Shown: in pieces, positions 27,246-37,078 of the stretch
Layout of the letters: every line of letters starts with the position of its first letter
How positions within the stretch are numbered: the stretch's first letter is position 1
Virus record (IMG/VR): IMGVR_UViG_3300043446_003110
DNA length: 64,000 nt
Source: a virus
Strand: one strand, 5' to 3'
The notes under the pieces: model-generated
Database searches by the model: none
Told to the model about the DNA's origin: nothing
The model's input: the letters and a program-made list of their open reading frames with translations, nothing else
Position numbers and translations under genes: made by a program

Positions 27246-27274
27246 TTGACTAATTGCCTTCTGATGGGTATAAT
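27246..27274 (+). promoter_or_regulatory. Near-consensus sigma70 promoter for polymerase genes
   Basis: TTGACT-N17-TATAAT, embedded in inverted repeat 27229-27264. Confidence 0.8.
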
Positions 27275-27310
27275 AAAGTGTTGATCTCTTAGTATTGACA
27301 AGGAAAATGT

Positions 27311-28942
27311 ATGAATTGGTTCCCATTGAAGAATTTTACACATTACAGTCTTCTTCGTGGATATTCTAAACCAGAAGAACTGGCACAAAAGTGCAAAGAT
27401 AATGGATATCCAGCCTGTGGAATATGCGATTACAAAACATTATCTGGTGCAGTAGCTTTTTATAAAGCTTGTAAAAAGGTAGGCATAAAACCAATAATTG
27501 GATGTTCATTTGATTTTGCCATTCTATTTGCTAAAAATAAGCAAGGTTGGTATGAATTGATAGAAATGGTTTCTTCATTAGATGAAAATGGAAAATTACC
27601 AGAACGTTATGACAATATAGACATTAGCAAAAATCTCGTTAGTGTTTATAAAGGTTCAACTGATGATATGCCTATTAGCTATTATACCAATCGTGAAGAT
27701 GCAAAACTTCACAGAGTTCTATTGTGTTCAGATATGAAAACCACATTACCCAAAATATTTAAGTCTGTTAGACCAGACAATAAGGGTGGAATAAATATAG
27801 ATGCTAAGTTTCCTAGCGAACATGCTGATAAGTTAACATATTTTATGCAAGATAATTTCTATATAAAAGACAAGAACGAATCCAGCAATTTAGATACGTC
27901 AAAGTTAAAAGATATTTATGATCAGTGTAAAGACTATGATATATTAAGTAAACCAATATTACCAAAATTCTCTTGCCCAAATGGGTTAACAGAAGAAGAA
28001 TATCTTAAAGAATTATGCCGTAAGGGGTGGAAAGAATTGCTCATAGACGGCAATAAAGTGTCCAATGAAGATTCCAAGCAAAAGTATCTTGATAGATTTA
28101 AAGAAGAATTCGACGTAATCAAAGACGCCAATTTATTCGGTTATTTTTTGATTGTTCAAGATATCATCAAGTATGTAAATGATCGCGGTTGGCTCTCCGG
28201 TCCCGGAAGAGGATCTGCGGCAGGGTGCTTAATATCTTACTTGATAGGAATTACTAAGATAGATCCAATTGAATTTGACCTTCTATTTGCACGTTTTTAC
28301 AATGCCGGTAGAAATACCGCTGATCATATATCTTTGCCAGATATTGATATGGATGTCCCCGGTACAAAACGAGATGAGATAATATCTTATCTAAAAGATA
28401 AATATGGGAATGAAAGAGTTAGTCAAATGTTGACATTTGGAAGACTTCAAGGTAAAAGTGCAATAAAAGAGGTATTACGCATAAATGAAGCGTGTTCTTT
28501 TGCAGAAATGAATGCTATCAGCAATTGTATACCAGATGAAGCTAGAATTTCAGATCAATTGGCAGAAATGGATGACGAAGATAGATCTATCATCAGATGG
28601 GCATTAATGAATAATGCTGATGAACTAAGAGATTTTTGTAGACTCAATGACGATGGATCATTAGAAGGAGAATACGCTGAGTACTTCGATCAAGCGATAA
28701 AAATAGAAGGAACCTTCAAAACGCAAGGTAAACATGCTGCTGGAGTTGTAATCTCAGCTGACCCTCTTCAAAAAGTATGCCCAATGGTTAAACAAAAAGG
28801 ATCTAATGAAAAAATAGCCGGTCTGGAAATGTCAGATCTGGAAGCATTGGGTCATGTAAAATTTGATGTATTGGGCATAAATTTGCTTGATAAAATAATG
28901 AAAATTGAACAATTAACTGGAGATAATAATGGCAAATCGTGA
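27311..28942 (+). CDS. dnaE: DNA polymerase III alpha, N-terminal part (degenerate PHP + palm/thumb)
   Basis: THYSLL, YFLIVQD, GPGRGSAAG, LPDIDMD, GKHAAGVVIS, KFDVLG. Confidence 0.93.
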   Translation: MNWFPLKNFTHYSLLRGYSKPEELAQKCKDNGYPACGICDYKTLSGAVAFYKACKKVGIKPIIGCSFDFAILFAKNKQGWYELIEMVSSLDENGKLPERYDNIDISKNLVSVYKGSTDDMPISYYTNREDAKLHRVLLCSDMKTTLPKIFKSVRPDNKGGINIDAKFPSEHADKLTYFMQDNFYIKDKNESSNLDTSKLKDIYDQCKDYDILSKPILPKFSCPNGLTEEEYLKELCRKGWKELLIDGNKVSNEDSKQKYLDRFKEEFDVIKDANLFGYFLIVQDIIKYVNDRGWLSGPGRGSAAGCLISYLIGITKIDPIEFDLLFARFYNAGRNTADHISLPDIDMDVPGTKRDEIISYLKDKYGNERVSQMLTFGRLQGKSAIKEVLRINEACSFAEMNAISNCIPDEARISDQLAEMDDEDRSIIRWALMNNADELRDFCRLNDDGSLEGEYAEYFDQAIKIEGTFKTQGKHAAGVVISADPLQKVCPMVKQKGSNEKIAGLEMSDLEALGHVKFDVLGINLLDKIMKIEQLTGDNNGKS

Positions 28943-29609
28943 TTATATTATTTTTGATTTTGAAACTGGATCACGCAACCCACATAGAACACAACCAACA
29001 CAAATAGCCGCAATTGCTTTAGATGGTCGCACATTGCATATGAAAGGTCAATTTAATAGTGAAATCAAACCAATATTTGATGATGAAAAAGCTATAGCAG
29101 CTGGACTTGATCCGATAGAAAATGAAGCATTAAAGATAACTAAAAAGACTAGAGAGCAACTAGAAGAAGCACCATCTTTAAAATCAGTATGGTCTAAATT
29201 CACAAAGTTTGTGGATCAATATAACTGGAAGGGCGATGCATTTTACAATCCAATACCAGTTGGATTTAATATTATTGGATTTGATATGATAATCATAAAT
29301 AGACTTTGTAAAGAATTTGGACCTTGGGACAAGGAAAGAGAGCAGCAAAAACTTTTTAGTAAGGTTTACAAAATAGATATAATGGATAGTATATTTGCTT
29401 GGACAGAAAGTGATCCTAGTGTTAGATCAATAAGCATGGATTCATTGAGACAGCGAATGGGTCTAGATATGGAAAATGCTCATGATGCTCTACAAGATGT
29501 AAAAGATGAAGCTAATATTTTTATTAAAATCATGAAAACCCACCGTGCTGTTTACCAAAATATGAATTTTGACAAAGCCTTTGCTAATGGTGAATTATAT
29601 GTCAAATAA
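28929..29609 (+). CDS. DEDDh 3'-5' exonuclease (DnaQ/epsilon-like)
   Basis: ExoI DFETG, ExoII GFNIIGFD, ExoIII HDALQD; GGAG RBS. Confidence 0.9.
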   Translation: MANRDYIIFDFETGSRNPHRTQPTQIAAIALDGRTLHMKGQFNSEIKPIFDDEKAIAAGLDPIENEALKITKKTREQLEEAPSLKSVWSKFTKFVDQYNWKGDAFYNPIPVGFNIIGFDMIIINRLCKEFGPWDKEREQQKLFSKVYKIDIMDSIFAWTESDPSVRSISMDSLRQRMGLDMENAHDALQDVKDEANIFIKIMKTHRAVYQNMNFDKAFANGELYVK

Positions 29610-31170
29610 TTTATCTTATGACGATAAAGATACTTGGAAATTGTTTGCAGAAGGTAAGACAAAAGGTGTTTTTCAATTAGAAAGCAATCTTGGAAAATCT
29701 TGGGCTAAAAAAGTTGCTCCAACGAATATAGAAGAACTATCTGCATTAATAGCTATTATAAGACCCGGAACATTAAAAGCTTTTGTAGATGGAAAAAGCA
29801 TGACCCAGCACTATGTAGATAGAAAACACGGTCGGGAAGATGTGACTTATTTACATCCAATATTAGAGGATATATTAAAATCAACATATGGAGTATTAGT
29901 ATATCAAGAGCAATCTATGCGTATAGCAGAGAAAGTAGCTGGATTTAACTTACAAGAGGCTGATGTTCTGCGTAAAGCCATTGGAAAGAAAAAGGCCGAT
30001 CTCATGAATGAAGTAAAAAAATCATTCCTAGCAGGAGCAGAACGTGTAGGAATTGTTTCTAAAGAAGATGCAGAGCAGATATTTGGATGGATCGAAAAAT
30101 CTTCTCGCTATGCATTCAATAAATCTCACAGCGTTTCCTATGCCGTCTGTTCTTATTGGAGTGCATACTATAAAGCCCACAACACAAAGGAGTTCTTTTT
30201 ATCATATTTGTATTATGCTAATGAAAAGCAAGATCCACAGAAAGAAGTATATGAACTTATATCTGAAGCAAAATTGTTTGATATAGAGACTAAGACTCCA
30301 AATATATCTAATTTTCAGAAAAAATTCAATATTAAAGACAACAAGATATATTTTGGAATTAAAGATGTAAAGTCTTTGACGGGCGCTACAGGAGATAAGC
30401 TTTTAGAAGTAATAAGTTTAGCTGAGAAGGAATTAAATAAAACTATTGATAAGTTTACATGGTTAGAAATATTATTATTTGTATCATCCAAGATAAGTTC
30501 TACTGCTTTTAAGGCTTTAGCCTCAATAGGATTTTTTAGAGGCAAAACAAGCAATATAACTAGAAACAAAGCACTATATGATTATGAAATATATAGAACT
30601 TTAACTAAAGCGGAACAGTCGTGGGTCATTGAAAATTACAAATCCAAACAGTGGACAACATTTGTAGATTGTCTCAAAGACTTAGCCCCAATAAAAAAAG
30701 ATGGTGGCGGTACTAGTAAAGTAGATAGAAAACAAGCTATTGAAAATGAAATACAACTCTTAATAAATCCACCATATGATTTAGATGACGATCCAAGCTG
30801 GGTAATAGATCAAGAAGTCAAGTTCTTGGGATGCCCAGTTAGCATAACAAAAGTGGAAACATCTGACACATCTGCGGCAAATACTACATGCAAGGAAATT
30901 ATAAATGGAAAACGCGGCAAAAATTTATGCATTGTCGCTAATATACAAAGAGTTTCAGATTATACTATCACCAAGGGCGAATCTAAAGGGCAAGTTATGT
31001 CATTTTTGACCATAGAAGATGATACGTGCATATTAGATAGTGTAATAGTATTCCCTAAAATTAAAGAAAAATACAAGTATATTTTATACGAAGGTAACAA
31101 CTTGATATTCTGCGGAACTGTCAGCGAAAAAGATACATCATTTATCGTAGATACAATCCATGAAATTTGA
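29599..31170 (+). CDS. dnaE: DNA polymerase III alpha, C-terminal part (fingers, HhH, OB)
   Basis: GVFQLES, ALIAIIRPG, TYGVLVYQEQ.M, ADVLRKAIGKK, YAFNKSH, MSFLTIEDDT. Confidence 0.93.
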   Translation: MSNNLSYDDKDTWKLFAEGKTKGVFQLESNLGKSWAKKVAPTNIEELSALIAIIRPGTLKAFVDGKSMTQHYVDRKHGREDVTYLHPILEDILKSTYGVLVYQEQSMRIAEKVAGFNLQEADVLRKAIGKKKADLMNEVKKSFLAGAERVGIVSKEDAEQIFGWIEKSSRYAFNKSHSVSYAVCSYWSAYYKAHNTKEFFLSYLYYANEKQDPQKEVYELISEAKLFDIETKTPNISNFQKKFNIKDNKIYFGIKDVKSLTGATGDKLLEVISLAEKELNKTIDKFTWLEILLFVSSKISSTAFKALASIGFFRGKTSNITRNKALYDYEIYRTLTKAEQSWVIENYKSKQWTTFVDCLKDLAPIKKDGGGTSKVDRKQAIENEIQLLINPPYDLDDDPSWVIDQEVKFLGCPVSITKVETSDTSAANTTCKEIINGKRGKNLCIVANIQRVSDYTITKGESKGQVMSFLTIEDDTCILDSVIVFPKIKEKYKYILYEGNNLIFCGTVSEKDTSFIVDTIHEI

Positions 31171-31171
31171 G

Positions 31172-31204
31172 TTGTTTTTTATGACTGTTACTGCTAAAAT
31201 ATGA
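31172..31204 (+). promoter_or_regulatory. Putative promoter (TTGTTT-N17-TAAAAT)
   Basis: Intergenic, upstream of GAGGAG RBS; same spacing as 2153-2185. Confidence 0.5.
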
Positions 31205-31220
31205 AGATGAGGAGATTACA

Positions 31221-31532
31221 ATGAATATTTGTTCTTTCACTGGATATCTAGTAGAAAATCCAAGAATATCTATAGTTGATGATGTTGTATTAGCTGAATT
31301 TGTTATGGTAGTATATACATACCGCAAAACAAAGAATGGTGAAAAAAATAGAATACCAACTTATATTCGGTGCGAAGCGTGGCATACCGGTGCAGAAACT
31401 ATAGAAAAATATGCTACAAAAGGTACTAAACTAGTTATAAATGCATCAGCAAAACACCCCAGCAGAGATGACCAAGATATAGTTTTTAGAGTAAACGAGT
31501 TTGATTTTTGTCATAATGATTTTGAGGATTGA
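31221..31532 (+). CDS. Second SSB-like OB-fold protein
   Basis: MNICSFTGYLVENP..AEF..YIRCEAW..GAE.IEKY..KG. Confidence 0.75.
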   Translation: MNICSFTGYLVENPRISIVDDVVLAEFVMVVYTYRKTKNGEKNRIPTYIRCEAWHTGAETIEKYATKGTKLVINASAKHPSRDDQDIVFRVNEFDFCHNDFED

Positions 31533-32198
31533 ATGATACCAGACAATATCATACTGACATATAAAGACAATAATATCCCAAATTATGTTCTTAACAATAT
31601 AAAAAGACTAAATAATGACAAAAATATTTTATTTTTTACAGATGAAGACGCAGTAAAATTTCTTTCAAAAGAGTACGATTCTTCTTATAGTGATTTTTTT
31701 GCTAGCTTGAATCTTGGATGTAATAAGGGAGATTTTTTTAGATATTGTTACCTCTTTAAGTACGGTGGATATTACTGTGATATTGATATCGAACATGTAT
31801 TACCAATATCATATTATATTCCAGAAAACTTAGAATTCTTCACCGTTAATTCTGGGGCTTGTAAAAATACTACTTTTCAAGCATTATTATATAGTGAAGC
31901 GGAACATGACATTATTAAAAATTGCATCAAAAATTTGATGGATCCATCATCATTCAATGACACATTTCATTATACAACCAGAGATATGTACAATAATATT
32001 AAAACATATCTCAATGAAGAAAACATTGTGTCAAAAGATTACAACAAAAATAACAAATTAATCAGTATTGGACAAGAAATTCCATTCAATAATAGATGGG
32101 CTTGTACATATAAAAATACATTAATAGGATTTTCAAGATATCAAACTTACCAAAAAACATCACCCGGAACAGATAAAGAAACAGGATTTTTTGTATGA
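31533..32198 (+). CDS. Glycosyltransferase, DXD/GT32 (OCH1-like)
   Basis: MIP..I, KGDFFRYCYLFKYGGYYCDID. Confidence 0.88.
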   Translation: MIPDNIILTYKDNNIPNYVLNNIKRLNNDKNILFFTDEDAVKFLSKEYDSSYSDFFASLNLGCNKGDFFRYCYLFKYGGYYCDIDIEHVLPISYYIPENLEFFTVNSGACKNTTFQALLYSEAEHDIIKNCIKNLMDPSSFNDTFHYTTRDMYNNIKTYLNEENIVSKDYNKNNKLISIGQEIPFNNRWACTYKNTLIGFSRYQTYQKTSPGTDKETGFFV

Positions 32199-33865
32199 GA
32201 AAACCAAGAGTATTATTTTGTAGCGAAGCAACATTTTTAAATACTGGATATGCTACGTATACTAGAGAAATATTAAATTATTTGTATAGTACTGGCAAGT
32301 ATGAATTAGCCGAAATGGCATCATACGGCGAACGTAATGACCCAAGAGCATCAAAAATACCTTGGAAATTTTATGGCGTAGTGCCAGATAATTCTTGTTC
32401 AGAAGAAGAACGAAACCAATACGCACAAAATCCAATAGCACAGTTTGGCGAATTAATGTTCGAATCCGTATGTTTGGATTTTATGCCAGACATAGTGTGC
32501 GATATAAGAGACTTTTGGATGTTAGACTTTGCAGAAAGATCTCCATTCAGGCCATATTTTAAATGGTGTATAATGCCAACGGTTGATGCACGACCTCAAG
32601 CTAGACAGTGGATAGCGACATATGAATCAGCAGATGCCTGTTTAACATATTCAGAGTGGGCTGGTGAAGTATTGAACCAACAATCTGGTGGTAAAATAAA
32701 ATATATTGGTATTTCTCCACCATCAGCACATCCAGCATATCAGCCAATAAATGACAAAAGCGGTCTTCGTCTGTCCATGGGGATAGACCCAGAAGCAAAA
32801 ATAATTGGTACAGTCATGCGTAACCAAAGAAGAAAATTGTATCCAGATCTTTTCCAAGCATTCAGAATTCTATTAGATAGCGTCGAAGATAACTCAAAGT
32901 ATTTCTTATATTGCCACACTAGTTATCCAGATTTAGGATGGGATATACCAGAATTATTACAACAATATCAATTGTCTTCAAAAGTATATTTTACATATAT
33001 ATGTGGGCAAACTGGGCGACCATTCCCATCATTATTTAAGGGTGCAATGGCACAATCTCCATTTACTGGACAGTTTGGAGCTTCATTATCCAATGTAAAA
33101 AATGGCGTAGAATATGAAGATCTAGCAAAGATAATAAACTTATTTGATTTGTATGTTCAGTACGCTAATTGTGAAGGATTTGGATTACCACAGGTTGAAG
33201 CTGCCGCTTGCGGGATTCCAATCATGGCTACTGATTATTCAGCGATGGAGAGCGTAGTAAGAAATCTTGGAGGAACTCCACTTACTCCAAAAGCTCTATA
33301 TAAAGAATTAGAAACTGGTTGTTTTAGAGCAGTTCCTGACAATCACCTAGCTGCTGCCAAATTTAAAGAATTTTTAGAACAACCTTCTAGTATTAGAAGT
33401 AAACTTGGTTTTGATACTAGACAAGCATTTCTAAAACATTATCAATGGGACAAGAGCGGAAAAGCTTGGGAACAATTTTTTGATAGTGTAAAGATATCTA
33501 ACAATTTTGAAAATTGGAAAATGTCACCAAGAATTGCAACTCCCTCACCAAAACCAGAAAAAGTTCCAGATAATATCAATCACAAAAATCTAGCAAAATG
33601 GTTAATTTCTGAAGTTCTTCATGAGCCAGAAAGATTAAATTCTTATTTTGAGTCAAGAATGGTAAGAGACTTGACTTATCATAATTCTACATCAGTAACT
33701 GGTGGTATGTATTTTAATGAAAGTTCAGCTATGTTCGACGGAAAAAGTAATAGAAATCCATTTGATTTTAACATAGCGTATGATCAAATGGTATATCTAT
33801 GCAATAGAAGAAATTATTGGGAAAACAAGAGAATGGAAATTCTAAAACTCAGAGGTATGCTATGA
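32195..33865 (+). CDS. Glycosyltransferase, GT-B (GT4-like)
   Basis: TGYAT, RNQRRK, EGFGLPQVEAAACG. Confidence 0.9.
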   Translation: MRKPRVLFCSEATFLNTGYATYTREILNYLYSTGKYELAEMASYGERNDPRASKIPWKFYGVVPDNSCSEEERNQYAQNPIAQFGELMFESVCLDFMPDIVCDIRDFWMLDFAERSPFRPYFKWCIMPTVDARPQARQWIATYESADACLTYSEWAGEVLNQQSGGKIKYIGISPPSAHPAYQPINDKSGLRLSMGIDPEAKIIGTVMRNQRRKLYPDLFQAFRILLDSVEDNSKYFLYCHTSYPDLGWDIPELLQQYQLSSKVYFTYICGQTGRPFPSLFKGAMAQSPFTGQFGASLSNVKNGVEYEDLAKIINLFDLYVQYANCEGFGLPQVEAAACGIPIMATDYSAMESVVRNLGGTPLTPKALYKELETGCFRAVPDNHLAAAKFKEFLEQPSSIRSKLGFDTRQAFLKHYQWDKSGKAWEQFFDSVKISNNFENWKMSPRIATPSPKPEKVPDNINHKNLAKWLISEVLHEPERLNSYFESRMVRDLTYHNSTSVTGGMYFNESSAMFDGKSNRNPFDFNIAYDQMVYLCNRRNYWENKRMEILKLRGML

Positions 33866-34971
33866 AAGTATTGTACATAGGCCACTATAAAGAGGGAACT
33901 GGTTGGTCAAAAGCAGCTATAGACCTAATTCATGCTATTGACTCAGCTGGTATAGACATAGTATGTAGAGATGTAAAATTAACGCCCAGACTCTCTGATA
34001 TACCAGAAAAAATAAAAGAACTAGAGTCTAAAAAAATAGATAATATTGATTTTTGTATTCAACATCTTTTGCCTCATCATCTAGTTGGAACATCAAAATT
34101 CAAAAAAAATATTGCATATTACGTGGGCGAGTCTACTACATTGAAATACAACAATTGGAAATCTAGTCTTGATCTTATGGATGAAATATGGGTTCCTAAT
34201 CATACACAATTAAATAACATGACAAAAGATGGATTCAAATCCATAAGATATGTACCACATGCATTTAATTTAGACAAATATAGTGTAAATGACAAAAAAA
34301 TAAATTTTGGTCAAAAAAATGGAACATTTAAGTTTTATTATATAGCTGATATAAATGATAGAAAAAATATAGAGTCTGTTATAAAATGTTTTCATAGTGA
34401 ATTTCACAAATATGAACCAGTATCTTTAGTACTTAAGATCAAAAAATTCGGAGCAAATCCAGATGATTTACGTAAACAGCTAAAAAATATGTGTAATTCT
34501 ATAAAACAAACGCTAAGAATATATCCTAAAATAGAAGATTACCATGATGAGATTATAATTACTGATGATATGACATCTAATGAAATAGATATGTTGCATC
34601 AAGCATGTGACTGCATGGTAAATGTTACTCACGGCGAAGGTTGGTCTATACCATCATTTGATGCCATGTGTTTTGGTAAAACTCCAATATGTAGTAACGA
34701 AGGTGGTCCCAAAGAGTATATTTCAGATAAAAATGCCGGTACGCTAATAAATGGCATATATAATATCTGCGAACACACGGATGCTGCATTTTCAAATATA
34801 TTCACTGGAAGAGAATCTTGGTTTGTACCAGATGAAGAAGAAACGAAGGATGCGATGAGATTTTACTACGAAAATAGAGATACAATAAATCGTAATAAAG
34901 GTATAGAAATAGCTCAGAAATTTTCATATCAAAGCGTAGGGAATATGATAAAGGAACTATTAAATGATTAA
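33862..34971 (+). CDS. Glycosyltransferase, GT-B (GT4-like)
   Basis: TGWSKAA, DEIWVP, DRKNI, HGEGWSIPSFDAMCFG. Confidence 0.88.
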   Translation: MKVLYIGHYKEGTGWSKAAIDLIHAIDSAGIDIVCRDVKLTPRLSDIPEKIKELESKKIDNIDFCIQHLLPHHLVGTSKFKKNIAYYVGESTTLKYNNWKSSLDLMDEIWVPNHTQLNNMTKDGFKSIRYVPHAFNLDKYSVNDKKINFGQKNGTFKFYYIADINDRKNIESVIKCFHSEFHKYEPVSLVLKIKKFGANPDDLRKQLKNMCNSIKQTLRIYPKIEDYHDEIIITDDMTSNEIDMLHQACDCMVNVTHGEGWSIPSFDAMCFGKTPICSNEGGPKEYISDKNAGTLINGIYNICEHTDAAFSNIFTGRESWFVPDEEETKDAMRFYYENRDTINRNKGIEIAQKFSYQSVGNMIKELLND

Positions 34972-35959
34972 TACAAATGCTAGTACTATAATAAATTCAG
35001 CCAACAGATTAAAAAAAGATAAATACAATATACTTACTTTTCCAACGCATGAAAGATATGAAACTGAACTATGCAAAACGGGCCATGAATTTTATGCTTT
35101 GAATCTGCCGAATAGCAAAAAATGGAATACTAATCAGACTAGTGTTCCTATAAATTATCATATATTACCAGAGAATCAATTGTGTCCATTTTTAAACTTT
35201 GACATTTTGTTGGTTCAAAGTAAATTTGGTCAATTTCAAATGGCGCAAAATATAAATCGACATCTTGGTATTCCAATAATATGCTTAGAACATACTCTTC
35301 CAACTCCATCTACTATGTCTAATAATCAAATAAATGATATGAAACAGATGGTGGGAAATATTAATGTATTTATTTCTGAATTTTCAAGATCCGCTTGGGG
35401 CATTAAAGGATCCGTAATACGTCACGGGATAGATACAAATCAATTCAAGCCCAATGATGTAAAAGAAAAAAATGGATGCGTTCTTACTGTAGCAAATGAT
35501 TTTCAAAATAGAGACTATTGTTTAAACTTTAGCGGTTGGAAAAGAGTTACTAAAGATTTAAAAGTTAAATTGATTGGTGATACTGCTGGACTGTCTAAAG
35601 CGGCAAAAGATATAGATGAATTAGCGGATGAATATAATTCATGTTCTGTATATTTTAATAGTTCTACTCTTAGTCCTATACCAATGTCTTTATTAGAAGC
35701 TATGTCTTGCGGATGTGCAGTAGTTTCTACGGCAACATGTATGATACCAGAAATAATCAAAAATGGATATAATGGATTCATATCTAATGACGAACAAGAG
35801 CTTAGATCTTATATTGAATTATTGTTAAATGATCAAGACTTAAGATCAAACATTGGAAAAAATGCAAGACATACTATAGAGCAAAATTTTGCTGAAACAG
35901 TTTTTATCGATAATTGGAATGGAGTATTTAATTTAGCTTATGAGGAATCAACAAAATGA
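34964..35959 (+). CDS. Glycosyltransferase, GT-B (GT4-like)
   Basis: HGIDT..FKP, PMSLLEAMSCG, EIIKNGYNGF. Confidence 0.88.
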   Translation: MINTNASTIINSANRLKKDKYNILTFPTHERYETELCKTGHEFYALNLPNSKKWNTNQTSVPINYHILPENQLCPFLNFDILLVQSKFGQFQMAQNINRHLGIPIICLEHTLPTPSTMSNNQINDMKQMVGNINVFISEFSRSAWGIKGSVIRHGIDTNQFKPNDVKEKNGCVLTVANDFQNRDYCLNFSGWKRVTKDLKVKLIGDTAGLSKAAKDIDELADEYNSCSVYFNSSTLSPIPMSLLEAMSCGCAVVSTATCMIPEIIKNGYNGFISNDEQELRSYIELLLNDQDLRSNIGKNARHTIEQNFAETVFIDNWNGVFNLAYEESTK

Positions 35960-36372
35960 AGATACAAATATTAAATGATATTTCAGATTGTATTGACGGT
36001 TACAATCCTGTGTTTTTGAATGACGGTGATCTAAATATAGATGCACCAAATAATTCAATAAGCAATATATTAATGATAGATGTAATAGAACAAATCCCAT
36101 ATGAAAATATAGACAAGATCATAAAAAAGATAAGAACATTGTTAAGGATCAATGGAAGTGTCACAATAACTGGTATAGAAGTAAATTGCATGTGCAGGGA
36201 TTTAATTAATAAGAATATAAATTGTGCAACATTCAATGGAATATTACATAATAGAAAAAGCATTTATGATTGCAGTGAGCTAGCTGATAAGTTGAATGAT
36301 GTTGGCATTCAAGTAGAAAGAGTAACACTAAAGGGATCTACGTATGAATTACATGCCATCAGACAAAATTAG
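35956..36372 (+). CDS. Truncated SAM-methyltransferase-like protein
   Basis: NNSISNILMIDVIEQI..IKKIRTLLRINGSVTI resembles the C-terminal half of class I MTases; no GxG motif I. Confidence 0.5.
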   Translation: MKIQILNDISDCIDGYNPVFLNDGDLNIDAPNNSISNILMIDVIEQIPYENIDKIIKKIRTLLRINGSVTITGIEVNCMCRDLINKNINCATFNGILHNRKSIYDCSELADKLNDVGIQVERVTLKGSTYELHAIRQN

Positions 36373-37078
36373 TGATACAAGTCATACCAGTTGTAAAGAA
36401 TGCATATTTGCTATTTACAAAAACAAGACTCAAATTGGTTGTCTTGACAATAGAATAGAAAAATTTAAAAACAACGTTGTAGCAGCATACGATGATGACA
36501 AAGAATTTTACGTAATAAATAGAGCATGTACTTTATATAGACCAGAAACATGGAACAATGGGGAAAAAAATCTACAAAAGGCTAAAGAAGAATGTAAAAT
36601 CAAATTTGATATCTTAATAAATTGTGATAATATAAATGTCGATATGTTGAAGTACATACAAAATATTGCTAAATTAGCATCTAGCGGATGTAAAATTAAC
36701 ATATTTTATTCGTATAACTTGGAACACAGTCAAAAAGAATTGATTAAAAATATTATTTATGGTTGTCCAAATATTAATATCTCTATGTATCTTGAAAAAA
36801 TAAAGTATATATATTCCATATTGTCTAAAAGCAAAGGGATGTTTCATATCATTTTAGACGAAACAAACTATGTGGGCATATTAGATTTTATAGCTAATAT
36901 AAACAAGGCAATAAATGATGATTTAATTAGAGGAATTATTTTCAAACAAGATAATAAAATAGCTATCTCAACTTTAGCCTGTAGATTATTATATCCAAAT
37001 TTATATATGGATTATAAAATCAACTTTACTAACGTCGAAGCACAAATCAAGAAAAGTAATTTATATATTGAGTTTTGA
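36344..37078 (+). CDS. Hypothetical protein with N-terminal Cys cluster
   Basis: SCKECIFA..GC..RAC. Confidence 0.6.
   Translation: MNYMPSDKISDTSHTSCKECIFAIYKNKTQIGCLDNRIEKFKNNVVAAYDDDKEFYVINRACTLYRPETWNNGEKNLQKAKEECKIKFDILINCDNINVDMLKYIQNIAKLASSGCKINIFYSYNLEHSQKELIKNIIYGCPNINISMYLEKIKYIYSILSKSKGMFHIILDETNYVGILDFIANINKAINDDLIRGIIFKQDNKIAISTLACRLLYPNLYMDYKINFTNVEAQIKKSNLYIEF

Noticed and set aside
28900-29640. Split intein or intron joining the DnaE halves
   Set aside because: No intein terminal motifs; the intervening sequence is fully occupied by a DEDDh ORF with its own RBS
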